Source of the DNA: a virus
IMG/VR virus record: IMGVR_UViG_3300027741_000030
Span: 1 to 64,000 of that record
DNA: 64,000 bases
Reading direction: 5' to 3' (one strand)
The translations under genes were made by a program, and so were the position numbers. Of the stretch, positions 1 through 9,304 are shown piece by piece (positions within the stretch are counted from its first letter, which is position 1; each line of letters begins with the position of its first letter). The notes under the pieces were generated by a model. That model saw only the letters and a program-made list of their open reading frames with translations, made no database searches and was not told the DNA's origin.

Positions 1-97
1 TGAGCCACCTGCGGTTGAGCCACCTGCGGTTGAGCCACCTGCGGTTGAGCCACCTGCGGTTGAGCCACCTGCGGTTGAGCCACCTGCGGTTGAGCCA
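1..97 (+). repeat. 15-bp tandem repeat (GAGCCACCTGCGGTT), >=6 copies, encoding EPPAV
   Basis: Exact tandem copies; array runs off the window start. Confidence 0.95.
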
Positions 98-871
98 GAG
101 GCGGGATCAACAGAAGATGTAAACAATACTGTTGATAATGCATTAGCAGATGGAAAATTAGACAGTACAGAAGTTGCAGATATTGCAGATGCAATGGCAG
201 CAGATGGAGAAATTGATGCAAAAGAAACTGATCAATTAATTGATGCATTGGCAGCAGATGGCAAAGTTTCAGTAGCAGACCAAGAGGCAGTGTTAAAAGC
301 ACTTGCGTCAGATGGAGAAGTTTCAAAAGAAGATGTTGCAGCAATTGTTGCATTAGCTAATTCAGATGGCAAATTATCTCAGGCAGAAAAAGAAATTGTT
401 GCTGATGCACTAATTCAATCAGTTGCACCAGGTGAAAATCTAACTAAAGAACAGGTAGCCGAGGCTGGAATTAAATTAACAGATTTACCACCAGATACAC
501 CAGTAGATGTTCGTACATCTGAAAATGGTGAAGCAGTTGTTATTACAGCAGAAGTTGCTGTACAAGTAGAATTGATATCAAATCCAGCAGCATTTGCAGC
601 AGAATTATTTAATAACCCAGGAGCAGCATTAGAAGCACTTGGCAGTATTGGTGCGGATATGACAGAAGGAGAAAGAGAAGAAGCAACAAAAATGGTTGTG
701 GCTACAGTCGTAGCAACAGGAGCAGCATTAAATGCTGTTGGCGCCGTAGCAGGCGCATCTACTGGAGGATCTACAGGAGGCTCTCGCTCAGGCGGGGGTA
801 ACTCAGGTGGTTCAGGTGGAGGAGGAGCCTCTGGTGACTCCAAAGGAATGAGGAGAAGAAAGAATGATTAA
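1..871 (+). CDS. 5'-truncated acidic repeat protein (EPPAV repeats, tandem xDG(K/E) acidic repeats, C-terminal hydrophobic segment, Gly-rich/basic tail); probably membrane-anchored or virion-associated
   Basis: Frame of ORF 194..871 is open back to position 2 (GAG CCA CCT GCG GTT...). Five ADG/SDG acidic repeats; VVATVVATGAALNAVGAVAG then Gly run and RRRK. Confidence 0.75.
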   Translation, partial: EPPAVEPPAVEPPAVEPPAVEPPAVEPPAVEPEAGSTEDVNNTVDNALADGKLDSTEVADIADAMAADGEIDAKETDQLIDALAADGKVSVADQEAVLKALASDGEVSKEDVAAIVALANSDGKLSQAEKEIVADALIQSVAPGENLTKEQVAEAGIKLTDLPPDTPVDVRTSENGEAVVITAEVAVQVELISNPAAFAAELFNNPGAALEALGSIGADMTEGEREEATKMVVATVVATGAALNAVGAVAGASTGGSTGGSRSGGGNSGGSGGGGASGDSKGMRRRKND

Positions 872-1043
872 CTATATCAAAAAAGTAATTCAAGATATGA
901 TCGATCAGCTTTGGACCCTATTAGGAATGTTTATAGCGTGGGTTGTTTTAGACGGAAGTGCAAAAACAATCGTTGGATATGCAATTATTTGTACATTAAT
1001 TGCATGGGCTATAACCTATCCAATCAGAAATAGAGAGGACTAA
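864..1043 (+). CDS. small two-TM membrane protein (59 aa; not in ORF track)
   Basis: MINYIKKVIQDMIDQLWTLLGMFIAWVVLDGSAKTIVGYAIICTLIAWAITYPIRNRED; overlaps upstream stop. Confidence 0.7.
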   Translation: MINYIKKVIQDMIDQLWTLLGMFIAWVVLDGSAKTIVGYAIICTLIAWAITYPIRNRED

Positions 1044-1045
1044 TA

Positions 1046-1336
1046 ATGGCTAAAGCATATATTGAAGAGCCAACACAGGTAGGATCAGGAGCAATTGCAA
1101 ACATCAATAATATTCTAGCTAGAATTATTGCTGTATTTGCAGCATCAGGATTGTCTGTAATTGGAGCAGGAGCAATTGTAGGAATTGAAACTTATAAAGC
1201 AGTTATATTGGCTGGAACTCTAGGAGTTGCTACAGTAGTTGAAAAGCTTGCTCGTGGATTCCTAGATGACGGTAAATTAACTGTATCAGAAATCAATTCA
1301 GCATTTTCGGCAGTAGATAAAAAATCTAGCAAATAA
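1046..1336 (+). CDS. small membrane protein (two hydrophobic helices, DDGKLT motif)
   Basis: ORF track; GAGG RBS upstream. Confidence 0.7.
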   Translation: MAKAYIEEPTQVGSGAIANINNILARIIAVFAASGLSVIGAGAIVGIETYKAVILAGTLGVATVVEKLARGFLDDGKLTVSEINSAFSAVDKKSSK

Positions 1337-1351
1337 TGATATAATTATCTT

Positions 1352-1495
1352 ATGAATAAATATCGCATTAAATTAGATGTAGAGGTAGAAGTAGAAGCCT
1401 TTAATACAGAAGATGCATCAGAATATATTCATGATATTTTTAATATAGATGACGAAATTAAAAAAGTTAATATCGTTAAAATAACAAATAAATAG
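1352..1495 (+). CDS. hypothetical 47-aa protein, leaderless
   Basis: TGATATAAT ends 6 nt before ATG; open frame MNKYRIKLDVEVEVEAF... Confidence 0.6.
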   Translation: MNKYRIKLDVEVEVEAFNTEDASEYIHDIFNIDDEIKKVNIVKITNK

Positions 1496-1498
1496 TCG

Positions 1499-1528
1499 TT
1501 GACAAAGCCGCTGTTTTCCGTGTATACT
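1499..1528 (+). promoter_or_regulatory. SigA-type promoter for tRNA pair
   Basis: TTGACA-N18-TATACT with TG immediately 5' of the -10. Confidence 0.7.
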
Positions 1529-1555
1529 TACATAATACAGCGGTTTTGTGCATAT

Positions 1556-1628
1556 TGGTCCATAGCTCAGTTGGTAGAGCGCCAAACTGTTAATTTGGAT
1601 GTCCCAGGATCGAGACCTGGTGGACCAG
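1556..1628 (+). tRNA. tRNA-Asn(GTT)
   Basis: Acceptor TGGTCCA/TGGACCA; anticodon arm CCAAA-CTGTTAA-TTTGG; T arm CCAGG-ATCGAGA-CCTGG. Confidence 0.92.
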
Positions 1629-1633
1629 CATAT

Positions 1634-1715
1634 GCCCGAATGGTGGAATCGGTATACACGACAGACTTAAAATTTGTTGCTTCACAGCATGTCGGTTCAA
1701 GTCCGACTTCGGGTA
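1634..1715 (+). tRNA. tRNA-Leu(TAA)
   Basis: Acceptor GCCCGAA/TTCGGGT; anticodon arm ACAGA-CTTAAAA-TTTGT; long variable arm; GTCGG-TTCAAGT-CCGAC T arm. Confidence 0.92.
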
Positions 1716-1730
1716 CTAGAAAAGGTCAAA

Positions 1731-1964
1731 GTGTTAAATTTAACAGAAAAAGGAGTTGAAGTCTTTATTAAAAGATTTCAATCAAAAATTCAAGAATCAT
1801 TTTGGAACAACTATGATCTTGTAATTTGGAAAAAAGATAATGGCGGCTATACTGATACAAAAGGTATGTATAGAAAAGATGCTTGGGGTAAGTCAGAAAA
1901 AATTTCTGTCGACCAAAAAGGAATCTGGAAGTTGCCAAAAAAATATGTCAAGTATTTTAAATAG
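1731..1964 (+). CDS. hypothetical phage protein (GTG start)
   Basis: GAAAAGG RBS before GTG at 1731; in frame with ORF 1674..1964. Confidence 0.65.
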   Translation: MLNLTEKGVEVFIKRFQSKIQESFWNNYDLVIWKKDNGGYTDTKGMYRKDAWGKSEKISVDQKGIWKLPKKYVKYFK

Positions 1965-2256
1965 TTTAGGTATAGAAAAAGATAATGTAAAGTGGTGGGA
2001 TCTAGCACTATGTCACGGCATGGATACTGATTTATTTTTTGATAAATATGAGTCTGATATAAATATAGCAAAAAGCATTGATGAAGCTTGTTTATCTTGT
2101 CCAGTGATAAAGTTGTGCTATGACAGTGGTGTAGAAAATTCAGATTATGGAGTTTGGGGTGGAGTTTATTTAGCTTCTGGAGACATAGATAAGTCAAGAA
2201 ATGCACATAAAACAAAAGATGTCTGGAAAAGAATAAAAGAGCAACATGTTTATTGA
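1945..2256 (+). CDS. whiB: WhiB-family Fe-S transcription factor
   Basis: Four Cys (ALC...CLSC...LC) and GVWGG motif; likely start 1945. Confidence 0.92.
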   Translation: MSSILNSLGIEKDNVKWWDLALCHGMDTDLFFDKYESDINIAKSIDEACLSCPVIKLCYDSGVENSDYGVWGGVYLASGDIDKSRNAHKTKDVWKRIKEQHVY

Positions 2257-2566
2257 TAAAAATAAAGATCATTTTAAATATGGAATTAATGAATGGACAG
2301 GTGAACCAAATAAGCCAGTTTTTTATAATAAAGATATGGCTAAAAAAATAAGAGAGATCAAAAAACCAACACCAACACTTGAAATGGATATAGTAAAATA
2401 TCCAGAATTTTTAGCAATTAGATTATATGAAAATAATTTTGCACAGTACGATGGCTCAATGAGAGTTAGAGTTATAGAGTATGTAGAAATGGTAAAAAAT
2501 ATATTGGAATCATATGGAGTAAGAGTTGAACTTGAAGGAAAACCAGGAGGAAAAAACCATGGATAA
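2246..2566 (+). CDS. hypothetical phage protein
   Basis: ORF track, overlapping neighbours. Confidence 0.7.
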   Translation: MFIDKNKDHFKYGINEWTGEPNKPVFYNKDMAKKIREIKKPTPTLEMDIVKYPEFLAIRLYENNFAQYDGSMRVRVIEYVEMVKNILESYGVRVELEGKPGGKNHG

Positions 2567-2795
2567 GGTCTTATGCTATTCATGCAACAAAAGCAAAAAT
2601 CAACTTGAAGCAAAAAAATCTAGTTTACTTGCAGTTAACCTACTGCTTTGCCAAACATGCACAGATAATAAGTTTGAGCCAAGATGGATAATAATTCTTG
2701 CTGGAAGACAATATGGACCTGAGCATGTTAAAGAGCATATAGCAAAAAAGAGATATGTGGGAACAGATATAACTGCTTCTGAATTACTAATTTAA
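2559..2795 (+). CDS. CxxC...CxxC zinc-binding hypothetical protein
   Basis: CYSC/CQTC; GGAGG RBS before ATG 2559. Confidence 0.7.
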   Translation: MDKVLCYSCNKSKNQLEAKKSSLLAVNLLLCQTCTDNKFEPRWIIILAGRQYGPEHVKEHIAKKRYVGTDITASELLI

Positions 2796-2825
2796 TATAC
2801 ATATTACGGTATAATTATATTCATA

Positions 2826-3134
2826 ATGAAGATAAACTTATACCAGATACTAATAACTTTGGCTGCTTCAGGCATTAGCGGAATAGTCACAGCCCTATAT
2901 GCAGATCGTAAATCTAAAAAAGAAAGAGCTCAAATGGCAGCAGATAAAGCTCGTGACAATATGCTGCTTGAAATTAAAGATTTACAAATAAAGCTTTATC
3001 AATTAGAAAAAGATCTTTCTGAATGGAAAGAGAAATATTACGAGGCTATTCAAGAATTAATTAAAGTCAAGACTGAGCTTGAGAAAACAGTTATTAAGCT
3101 AAGTCATGCTGAAATTCATTTAAAAGAGGACTAG
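2826..3134 (+). CDS. N-terminal TM plus coiled-coil protein
   Basis: Hydrophobic N-terminus, heptad-rich C-terminus. Confidence 0.65.
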   Translation: MKINLYQILITLAASGISGIVTALYADRKSKKERAQMAADKARDNMLLEIKDLQIKLYQLEKDLSEWKEKYYEAIQELIKVKTELEKTVIKLSHAEIHLKED

Positions 3135-3166
3135 CACTGCTAATTTTTATTTAGTATACTATAGAT

Positions 3167-3724
3167 ATGACATGTATAGTTGCTATTGCTCAAAATGGTG
3201 TTGTCTATATGGCTTCCGACCACGCTGCTTCTGATGATAAAACTGGATGGATTCTTTCAAGAAAAGAACCTAAAGTTTTTAAAGTTGGTCAATATGGAAT
3301 TGCATTTACAGATTCATTTCGCATGGGGCAAATTCTTCAATACTCTTGGATACCACCAAAATACACACCAACAAAAACGAATTCTGGATTAGATAAATTT
3401 ATGAGAACTAAATTTATTGATTCTGTAAAAGTTGCATTTAAAGATAATGGATATGGAACAATTGGGCAAAATTCAGAGGAAGACACTGGTGGAATTTTTA
3501 TAGTCGGTGTATGCGGTAGAATCTTTACTATAGATGAAGACTTTCATGTAGGAGAAAACATTGTAAACTACATGGCAGAAGGAAGTGGCGGAATGCTAGC
3601 ATTAGGAGCATTACATGCAACAAAGAAGCAACAAAACCCAAAGGTGCGCTTAAAAGCTGCATTAGAAGCAGCAACTGAGTTTAATATGAGCGTAGCAGCA
3701 CCATATACATATATTCAAGTTTAG
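3167..3724 (+). CDS. HslV/proteasome-beta-like Ntn-hydrolase
   Basis: N-terminal M-T-CIVAI, ASD, K in PKVF, AEGSG motif. Confidence 0.75.
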   Translation: MTCIVAIAQNGVVYMASDHAASDDKTGWILSRKEPKVFKVGQYGIAFTDSFRMGQILQYSWIPPKYTPTKTNSGLDKFMRTKFIDSVKVAFKDNGYGTIGQNSEEDTGGIFIVGVCGRIFTIDEDFHVGENIVNYMAEGSGGMLALGALHATKKQQNPKVRLKAALEAATEFNMSVAAPYTYIQV

Positions 3725-3738
3725 TGTATAATTGATAC

Positions 3739-4095
3739 ATGAAAACTATTGCATCTATCCTTATAGCTTTTGCCATCATTTCCTTTATTAGATGGTTTAG
3801 GTCTAGGTATAATGTTGGAATTTATTACATAAACAAGCTAGAAGAACTTGAAGAGCAATCACAAAAAAGACAATATCCTTTAAGCATAGCAGACCTAAGA
3901 CCAGAAAATTATGATCACGCTATAGATTTAAGAGGAACTCCAACACACTTGTGTCCTTGTGGATGTAACATATGGAATGTAAAAGTTATATTTGATCAAT
4001 TTGAAATAGCAACATATTTTCTTGATATGGAATGTGCCAACTGCGGAAGCATGGCAACAGCACCAACCCTACTAGATAGAGAGATAACAGAATGA
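3739..4095 (+). CDS. membrane-anchored zinc-ribbon protein
   Basis: N-terminal TM; CPCGC and CANC; leaderless (TATAAT-N6-ATG). Confidence 0.65.
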   Translation: MKTIASILIAFAIISFIRWFRSRYNVGIYYINKLEELEEQSQKRQYPLSIADLRPENYDHAIDLRGTPTHLCPCGCNIWNVKVIFDQFEIATYFLDMECANCGSMATAPTLLDREITE

Positions 4096-4271
4096 GAAGA
4101 TCAGAAAGATTAAGACAGCTTGAATTAGCTGTTGTTAGAATGGAAATGCATATTGAATTTCTTACATTAAGTATATCTAATTTGTTAGAGAATCAAGGAA
4201 TGGCTCCAACAAACCCTGTAGAATCGCTAGACAGCGGAAAATGGTACAAAACACCCACTGAAACCCCTTGA
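4092..4271 (+). CDS. hypothetical 59-aa protein (not in ORF track)
   Basis: ATGA overlap with upstream stop; MRRSERLRQLELAVVRMEM... Confidence 0.55.
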   Translation: MRRSERLRQLELAVVRMEMHIEFLTLSISNLLENQGMAPTNPVESLDSGKWYKTPTETP

Positions 4272-4301
4272 CATCCTGCTATTATTTAGTAGAATTAAGC
4301 A

Positions 4302-5414
4302 ATGAATAAAAAATTAATAGCTGCGTTAATCGCAATCACACTAGCAGTACCTACAACCGCTCAAGCAGCGGGACTGAAGAATCGTACAGATTCTACACCA
4401 ACTATTGCAATTCTTGATACAGGAATTGATACATCTCTTCCAGCGTTTAAGGGAAAAATTGTTCAAGAGGTTTGTATTCTAGAATGGACAACATGCCCTA
4501 ACGGTAAATCATTTATGGAGGGCACTGGTGCGGCCTCTATGCCATCAAATTTAATTTCTCAAAACGGATTTGATCATGGAACTCTTATGACATCTGTATT
4601 TTTGCAAACAAATCCAAATGCTAATATTGTTTTTATTAAAATTATTGGAAACACAGCAACTGGTTTGCGACAAAATGCTGGAGAAGCATCAGTATACAAC
4701 GCACTTAATTGGGTAAAATCAAACGCATTGAAATATAATATTCAAGCGGTTAGTATGTCACAAGGACATCACACTTTGGGAGCAGCAGGAACAGATTACT
4801 GTCCAAAAACTCCAATTACTGAGCAGGCAGTCAAAGACTTGATGTCTATGCAAATACCAGTATTTTTTCCATCTGGAAATGGTCGTGACTACACCCGCAT
4901 TGATTGGCCCGCATGTTTAGACGTATCTGTTTCTGTTGGATATGTAGATCAACAAAATGAAATTTCTGCTTCAAGTAATAACGATTCTTCAAAGCTAGAT
5001 TTTTTTGCGCCAGGCTTCTTTTCAGTTGCTGGCCCAGGAAATGTTTTAAAGAATATTTCAGGTTCATCTGCAGCAATTCAAGTGGCAGCAGGACAGTGGT
5101 TAAAGCTAAAAACAGCAAAGCCAACATACTCCTATGATCAAATTTTTACTGCAATTAAGTCTACAGCATCAAGTACAGTTGGAAGACAGGGAACATTTAA
5201 TAATCTAATTAATATCAATGCTGCTTTGTCTTACGCACCACAACAGGCTGGGCCAAGTCAGCAAGAGCTTGCTGCACAAGCAAAAGCAAAAATAAAAGCA
5301 GAAGTTGATGCAGCAATTGCAGCAGCAGAAGCTCAATATCAGATTGAATTAAAAGCTGCACAAGATAAGCTTGCTGCAACTAAAGCACAATGGCTGGCAA
5401 AACTTAATGGCTGA
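4302..5414 (+). CDS. secreted subtilisin-like serine protease (S8)
   Basis: Signal peptide; ILDTG, DHGT, SGN oxyanion, SGSS; TTGACA-N16-TAGAAT-N6-ATG leaderless promoter. Confidence 0.88.
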   Translation: MNKKLIAALIAITLAVPTTAQAAGLKNRTDSTPTIAILDTGIDTSLPAFKGKIVQEVCILEWTTCPNGKSFMEGTGAASMPSNLISQNGFDHGTLMTSVFLQTNPNANIVFIKIIGNTATGLRQNAGEASVYNALNWVKSNALKYNIQAVSMSQGHHTLGAAGTDYCPKTPITEQAVKDLMSMQIPVFFPSGNGRDYTRIDWPACLDVSVSVGYVDQQNEISASSNNDSSKLDFFAPGFFSVAGPGNVLKNISGSSAAIQVAAGQWLKLKTAKPTYSYDQIFTAIKSTASSTVGRQGTFNNLININAALSYAPQQAGPSQQELAAQAKAKIKAEVDAAIAAAEAQYQIELKAAQDKLAATKAQWLAKLNG

Positions 5415-5613
5415 ACAAACAGTTCTTGAAGGAATCATAGAAGATGTAGCAACAGAACTATATAATAAATGGTCTGCTGCTCTTCCAGAAGACGAGAGAA
5501 ACCAACAAGCATTTAGCGCAATGTCAAAAAATGCACATGAAACAACTTTATTTGTAATTCAAAACTTTATGAATAAATTTAATGATGCAGCGGAACAGCT
5601 AAAGGGAGAGTAA
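5407..5613 (+). CDS. hypothetical protein
   Basis: In-frame ATG at 5407 overlapping upstream stop. Confidence 0.6.
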   Translation: MAEQTVLEGIIEDVATELYNKWSAALPEDERNQQAFSAMSKNAHETTLFVIQNFMNKFNDAAEQLKGE

Positions 5614-5614
5614 G

Positions 5615-5917
5615 TTGATAGTTACAGATGAAAGTTTTGATAGGGTTTTAGATGCACACAATTTAATACTCATTGACTTTTGGGCGCCATGGTGCGGACC
5701 GTGCAAAAAAATATCTCCAATCTTAGATGAGATATCAAATGAGCGTGGTTTATGGGTCGGAAAATTAAATGTTGATGAAAATCCAATCAAATCAGACGAA
5801 TACTCTGTAATTTCTATACCAACTATGATACTATTCAAGTCTGGCGACCCAGTAAAAACAATTGTTGGGGCTAAGCCTAAGCATGTTATATTAGAAGAGC
5901 TATCAGAATGGATCTAG
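5615..5917 (+). CDS. trxA: thioredoxin
   Basis: DFWAPWCGPCK and cis-Pro SIPT motifs. Confidence 0.95.
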   Translation: MIVTDESFDRVLDAHNLILIDFWAPWCGPCKKISPILDEISNERGLWVGKLNVDENPIKSDEYSVISIPTMILFKSGDPVKTIVGAKPKHVILEELSEWI

Positions 5918-6102
5918 AGCAAATAAATGCAGATCATTTAGAGTTTGAAATATGGCTTGCAAATGGTTATGATAGAGGTTGGGTGTCGGATGTATTTTGC
6001 AATACACATGAAGGCCCTCCCTTAACAGAAGAAGAATCACAAGAGTGGGATGAAGGTGGAGATCCATGTTCTTTTCACGTAAAGATAAATGCACTACACT
6101 AA
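5908..6102 (+). CDS. acidic hypothetical protein
   Basis: ORF track; C..H...C..H residues. Confidence 0.6.
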   Translation: MDLEQINADHLEFEIWLANGYDRGWVSDVFCNTHEGPPLTEEESQEWDEGGDPCSFHVKINALH

Positions 6103-6141
6103 TTTTCTGATTCGTTCAAGAATCAGATTGAAATAAGGAGA

Positions 6142-7161
6142 ATGATGAATTCATTTAAGAAAGTATCGCTAATCATCGCTGCAGCCCTGACTAGCACAAT
6201 GCTTGTATCAACCGCAGCAAATGCGGCAACCACAACTTTAACAGTTGCTGGTTCTGCAGCAACAGGTGGTACGGTAGCAACAGCTCCAGTAGCACTACCA
6301 GTACCAGCAGACAATAGCGTAGATGCAGCAGATGCATTAAAGATTGCTGTAACATCTGTAGATACAGGAACAGCAGTATCAGCAGTTGCAACAAATGCAA
6401 CTATTGTTCCAGCACTAGCAACAGCAAGTGCACCAGTAACCGCTTCAAGCGGATCATCTGCTCTAACAATTAATGTTGGAACAGGAACAACAGCAGAGTT
6501 TTATGTATATACTAAAACTACTACAATAGGAACAGTATCAGTTACTGTTGGTGGAAACACAACCACATACTATGTACAAGGTACCGCAGGTGCTTTGAAC
6601 TCAATCGCTTTAACTGCACCAGCATCTGGAGCAGCAGGCACAACAGCAACACTTAAGGTCTCAGGATACGATGTATTTGGAAATCTAAAGGGTGGAGCAA
6701 CAATTAATACTTTAGTAAGCTCAAATGGTGCAGCAACTGCAACAGCGCTTACAACAGATACAGCAACAGCAACTCTTGGAACAAAAGAGCAGACAGTAAC
6801 ACTTCCTGCTTCAGGTTCAGTTGTTGTTACAGCATACGCAACAGTAGCAACAGCCGTAACAGGTCTTGCAGCACCAGTTGGTTCTGTAGTTGCAACAGTA
6901 GCAGTTCGTGATCTTGCAGGAGAACTTGCAGCAAAGAACGCAGAACTAGCAACAGCTAACGCAGCACTTGCAGCAGAAAAAGCTGGACGTGCAGCAGACA
7001 AGGTTGCATCAGATAAAGCACTTGCCGATGCAAAGGCAGCAACAGTAACTGCAACAGCAGCAGCAGATCTTGCTAAGGCTACTTATATTGCAGAGTACAA
7101 TGCTCTTGCTAAAAAGTGGAACGCAAAGAATCCAAAGGCTAAGGTTGCACTAAAGAAGTAA
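6142..7161 (+). CDS. secreted Ala/Thr/Val-rich Ig-like surface protein with C-terminal coiled coil
   Basis: AAGGAG RBS; signal peptide ending ANA-A; beta-rich body. Confidence 0.75.
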   Translation: MMNSFKKVSLIIAAALTSTMLVSTAANAATTTLTVAGSAATGGTVATAPVALPVPADNSVDAADALKIAVTSVDTGTAVSAVATNATIVPALATASAPVTASSGSSALTINVGTGTTAEFYVYTKTTTIGTVSVTVGGNTTTYYVQGTAGALNSIALTAPASGAAGTTATLKVSGYDVFGNLKGGATINTLVSSNGAATATALTTDTATATLGTKEQTVTLPASGSVVVTAYATVATAVTGLAAPVGSVVATVAVRDLAGELAAKNAELATANAALAAEKAGRAADKVASDKALADAKAATVTATAAADLAKATYIAEYNALAKKWNAKNPKAKVALKK

Positions 7162-7171
7162 TTCTTTAAAT

Positions 7172-7203
7172 TAAAGGGGCGGGGCTTAGGCCTTGCCCCT
7201 TTA
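7172..7203 (+). terminator. intrinsic terminator hairpin
   Basis: TAAAGGGGC...GCCCCTTTA after stop. Confidence 0.75.
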
Positions 7204-7243
7204 GTATTTAAATGATAAAATTGTTATTAAACAAAGGACAATA

Positions 7244-8047
7244 ATGAAATTTCACTGCATGACAAGAGGTAATGAGCAATCAGTTCAATACTTGTCAGAC
7301 CTTTCAGAAAAGCTTGAAAAGGTTGGATACGAGTCAGTGCTATTGGTATATCATTCAAAGGTTCCTGACTTTTTAACAAAAGCAGTAAGAGTTATGTCTT
7401 CTGAGCAAAAATTAAAATATATGATTGCAATTAGAACTTATGCAATAAGCCCAGAATATATGGCGATGATATGTCAATCAATAAATGAGATGGCACCAAA
7501 TAAAATCATTTTAAATGTAGTTTCTGGAGATATTCATCAAGGTGAAACGAGCATAGAAGACCTAATATTAATAGGCGATCTTCTTCCAACAACTAAATCT
7601 AGAATTGATTACACAGATATGTGGCTTAATAAATTTTTAAATATGGAAATATTGAGGTCTAAGCCACCGATAGTTATGGGTGGGCATTCAGATTTAACAA
7701 GAAATATAGCAATTAAACATAACGCTACTCATTTATCTATGATAAATATGCATGAAGATCATTTAAAAAGCAGTAACCCAATTTATAATAAAAAACAAAT
7801 GATTTGTTTTGGATTAGTAATAAGGGATACACAAGAAGAAGCTGACCTTTTTGGAGAAGAATTCTTTAGCGAATCAGAAAAACGTTTATTTATTTGTGGC
7901 ACAAAAGAGCATTTGATAGACAAGATTAATTATTTAAAATCTATAGGCATTAGCGACTTGCTAGTGCATGATCATATGGACGATCCACAAGCAGGTCGTG
8001 TACATGATATAATTAAAGAGCTTATAAAGGAGCAAAATGGAATCTAA
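7244..8047 (+). CDS. luciferase-like (LLM class) flavin-dependent monooxygenase
   Basis: GYESVL, KYMIAIR, LNVVSG, GGHS motifs. Confidence 0.75.
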   Translation: MKFHCMTRGNEQSVQYLSDLSEKLEKVGYESVLLVYHSKVPDFLTKAVRVMSSEQKLKYMIAIRTYAISPEYMAMICQSINEMAPNKIILNVVSGDIHQGETSIEDLILIGDLLPTTKSRIDYTDMWLNKFLNMEILRSKPPIVMGGHSDLTRNIAIKHNATHLSMINMHEDHLKSSNPIYNKKQMICFGLVIRDTQEEADLFGEEFFSESEKRLFICGTKEHLIDKINYLKSIGISDLLVHDHMDDPQAGRVHDIIKELIKEQNGI

Positions 8048-8255
8048 TAAAAGAAGTTTGTATAAGTCAGTCACCTGGCCAGCAGTCCATATATTATTTG
8101 TTGGAACTTTAGTATATTTTTTTGAACTTGCCATTACTGGAGAAGCACATTGGGAGTATGCTGGAACATTTGCTATTATTTACAGCGCATGCGAAATGCT
8201 TGGGTATTTCTTACATGAAAGAGCCTGGTCAAAGTTTGGCGGTAAGATTAAGTAA
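8037..8255 (+). CDS. DUF2061-like small membrane protein
   Basis: RSLYKSVTW...YFLHERAW signature. Confidence 0.75.
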   Translation: MESNKRSLYKSVTWPAVHILFVGTLVYFFELAITGEAHWEYAGTFAIIYSACEMLGYFLHERAWSKFGGKIK

Positions 8256-8589
8256 TGGCAAAAAGAAAATCAACAGCATTTAATGATACTCAAATTAAAG
8301 ATGGAAGAATTGTTAGATTAAGAAAAGATGGGTCGATTAAAGCCGATCTGGGCCCATACAGGCAAGGTATTGTTAAAAAAAATATTAAATAATGTCTACT
8401 AATAAATGTGAATATTTAACAGATTGCCCTAATAAGGCAACAAGAATAGCCCTTGAAGCAGGCAAAACCACAAGGATCTGCGACGAGTGCTGGCATCAAA
8501 ACTTTAGATCCTAATCAACTGAATGCTATAATATAGGTATGAGCGGATTACTAGTCCCGCTTAAATAGACAACCTATAGGAGTAATAAA

Positions 8590-8787
8590 ATGACAGACGG
8601 TATCAACTTAACAGGTTTTAACGAAGTTAAACCAGCAGGAACAAATGGAATTAATGCACACTACTCAGACAATACAGGTTCAGCATTTGCTGCATCAGAC
8701 ATGTCGTCACAAGGTAATGCAGGATTAAATAGAGAAGGATCTTCAAGTTCATTGCCAATTTCAGGCGCAGATGAATCAGATATGTAA
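8590..8787 (+). CDS. low-complexity hypothetical protein
   Basis: AGGAG RBS; ORF track. Confidence 0.6.
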   Translation: MTDGINLTGFNEVKPAGTNGINAHYSDNTGSAFAASDMSSQGNAGLNREGSSSSLPISGADESDM

Positions 8788-8789
8788 TC

Positions 8790-8945
8790 ATGGATCTATT
8801 TAATAAAGAAGAAGTTGTAGCACCAACACAAGAAGCAGCAATTGCACAGGCAATTAAGCCAGTAGCACCTGCATCTAATAAATGCACAAGAGACACAAGA
8901 GGCGAAAATCCTTGTGCAGTTAAAGATTGTGAGAACTGCAACTAA
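8790..8945 (+). CDS. 51-aa Cys-rich microprotein
   Basis: Ends KCTRDTRGENPCAVKDCENCN. Confidence 0.6.
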   Translation: MDLFNKEEVVAPTQEAAIAQAIKPVAPASNKCTRDTRGENPCAVKDCENCN

Positions 8946-9103
8946 TGTGTATGGATTGCGGATGCGGTATTAATTCAGTTGGCATGGGGTCAGGAATGAC
9001 ACCAGTTACAATTGAAGATGTTTCAAGAGATGGTGAATCTGGTACAACATTAGGAATGGTATCAACACCAGAAGAGACAAGACAGTTTATAAATGAGCAA
9101 TAA
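8945..9103 (+). CDS. 52-aa microprotein with N-terminal CxxCGC
   Basis: MCMDCGCGINSVG...; TAATG coupling to upstream ORF. Confidence 0.6.
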   Translation: MCMDCGCGINSVGMGSGMTPVTIEDVSRDGESGTTLGMVSTPEETRQFINEQ

Positions 9104-9299
9104 TATTAAAAAAGAAGATGGCACTGGCATGGTGCCACCAGCTAACGCTGGTGCACCTGCTGGTGCTGTTACAAGCACACAAACACCAAAAAGATACCCA
9201 AGACAAGGTGTAAAAATAGATACAAACAAACATGGTATTAGGAGAGAGACAAGCTTAATCCCTAAGCCTGTTAAAAAAACGGGTAGAAAAAAAATATAA
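9093..9299 (+). CDS. basic hypothetical protein
   Basis: ORF track. Confidence 0.55.
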   Translation: MSNNIKKEDGTGMVPPANAGAPAGAVTSTQTPKRYPRQGVKIDTNKHGIRRETSLIPKPVKKTGRKKI

Positions 9300-9304
9300 T
9301 TTAA

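Noticed and set aside
1499-1759. ORF 1499..1759 and the 5' part of ORF 1674..1964
   Set aside because: They overlap two well-formed tRNAs
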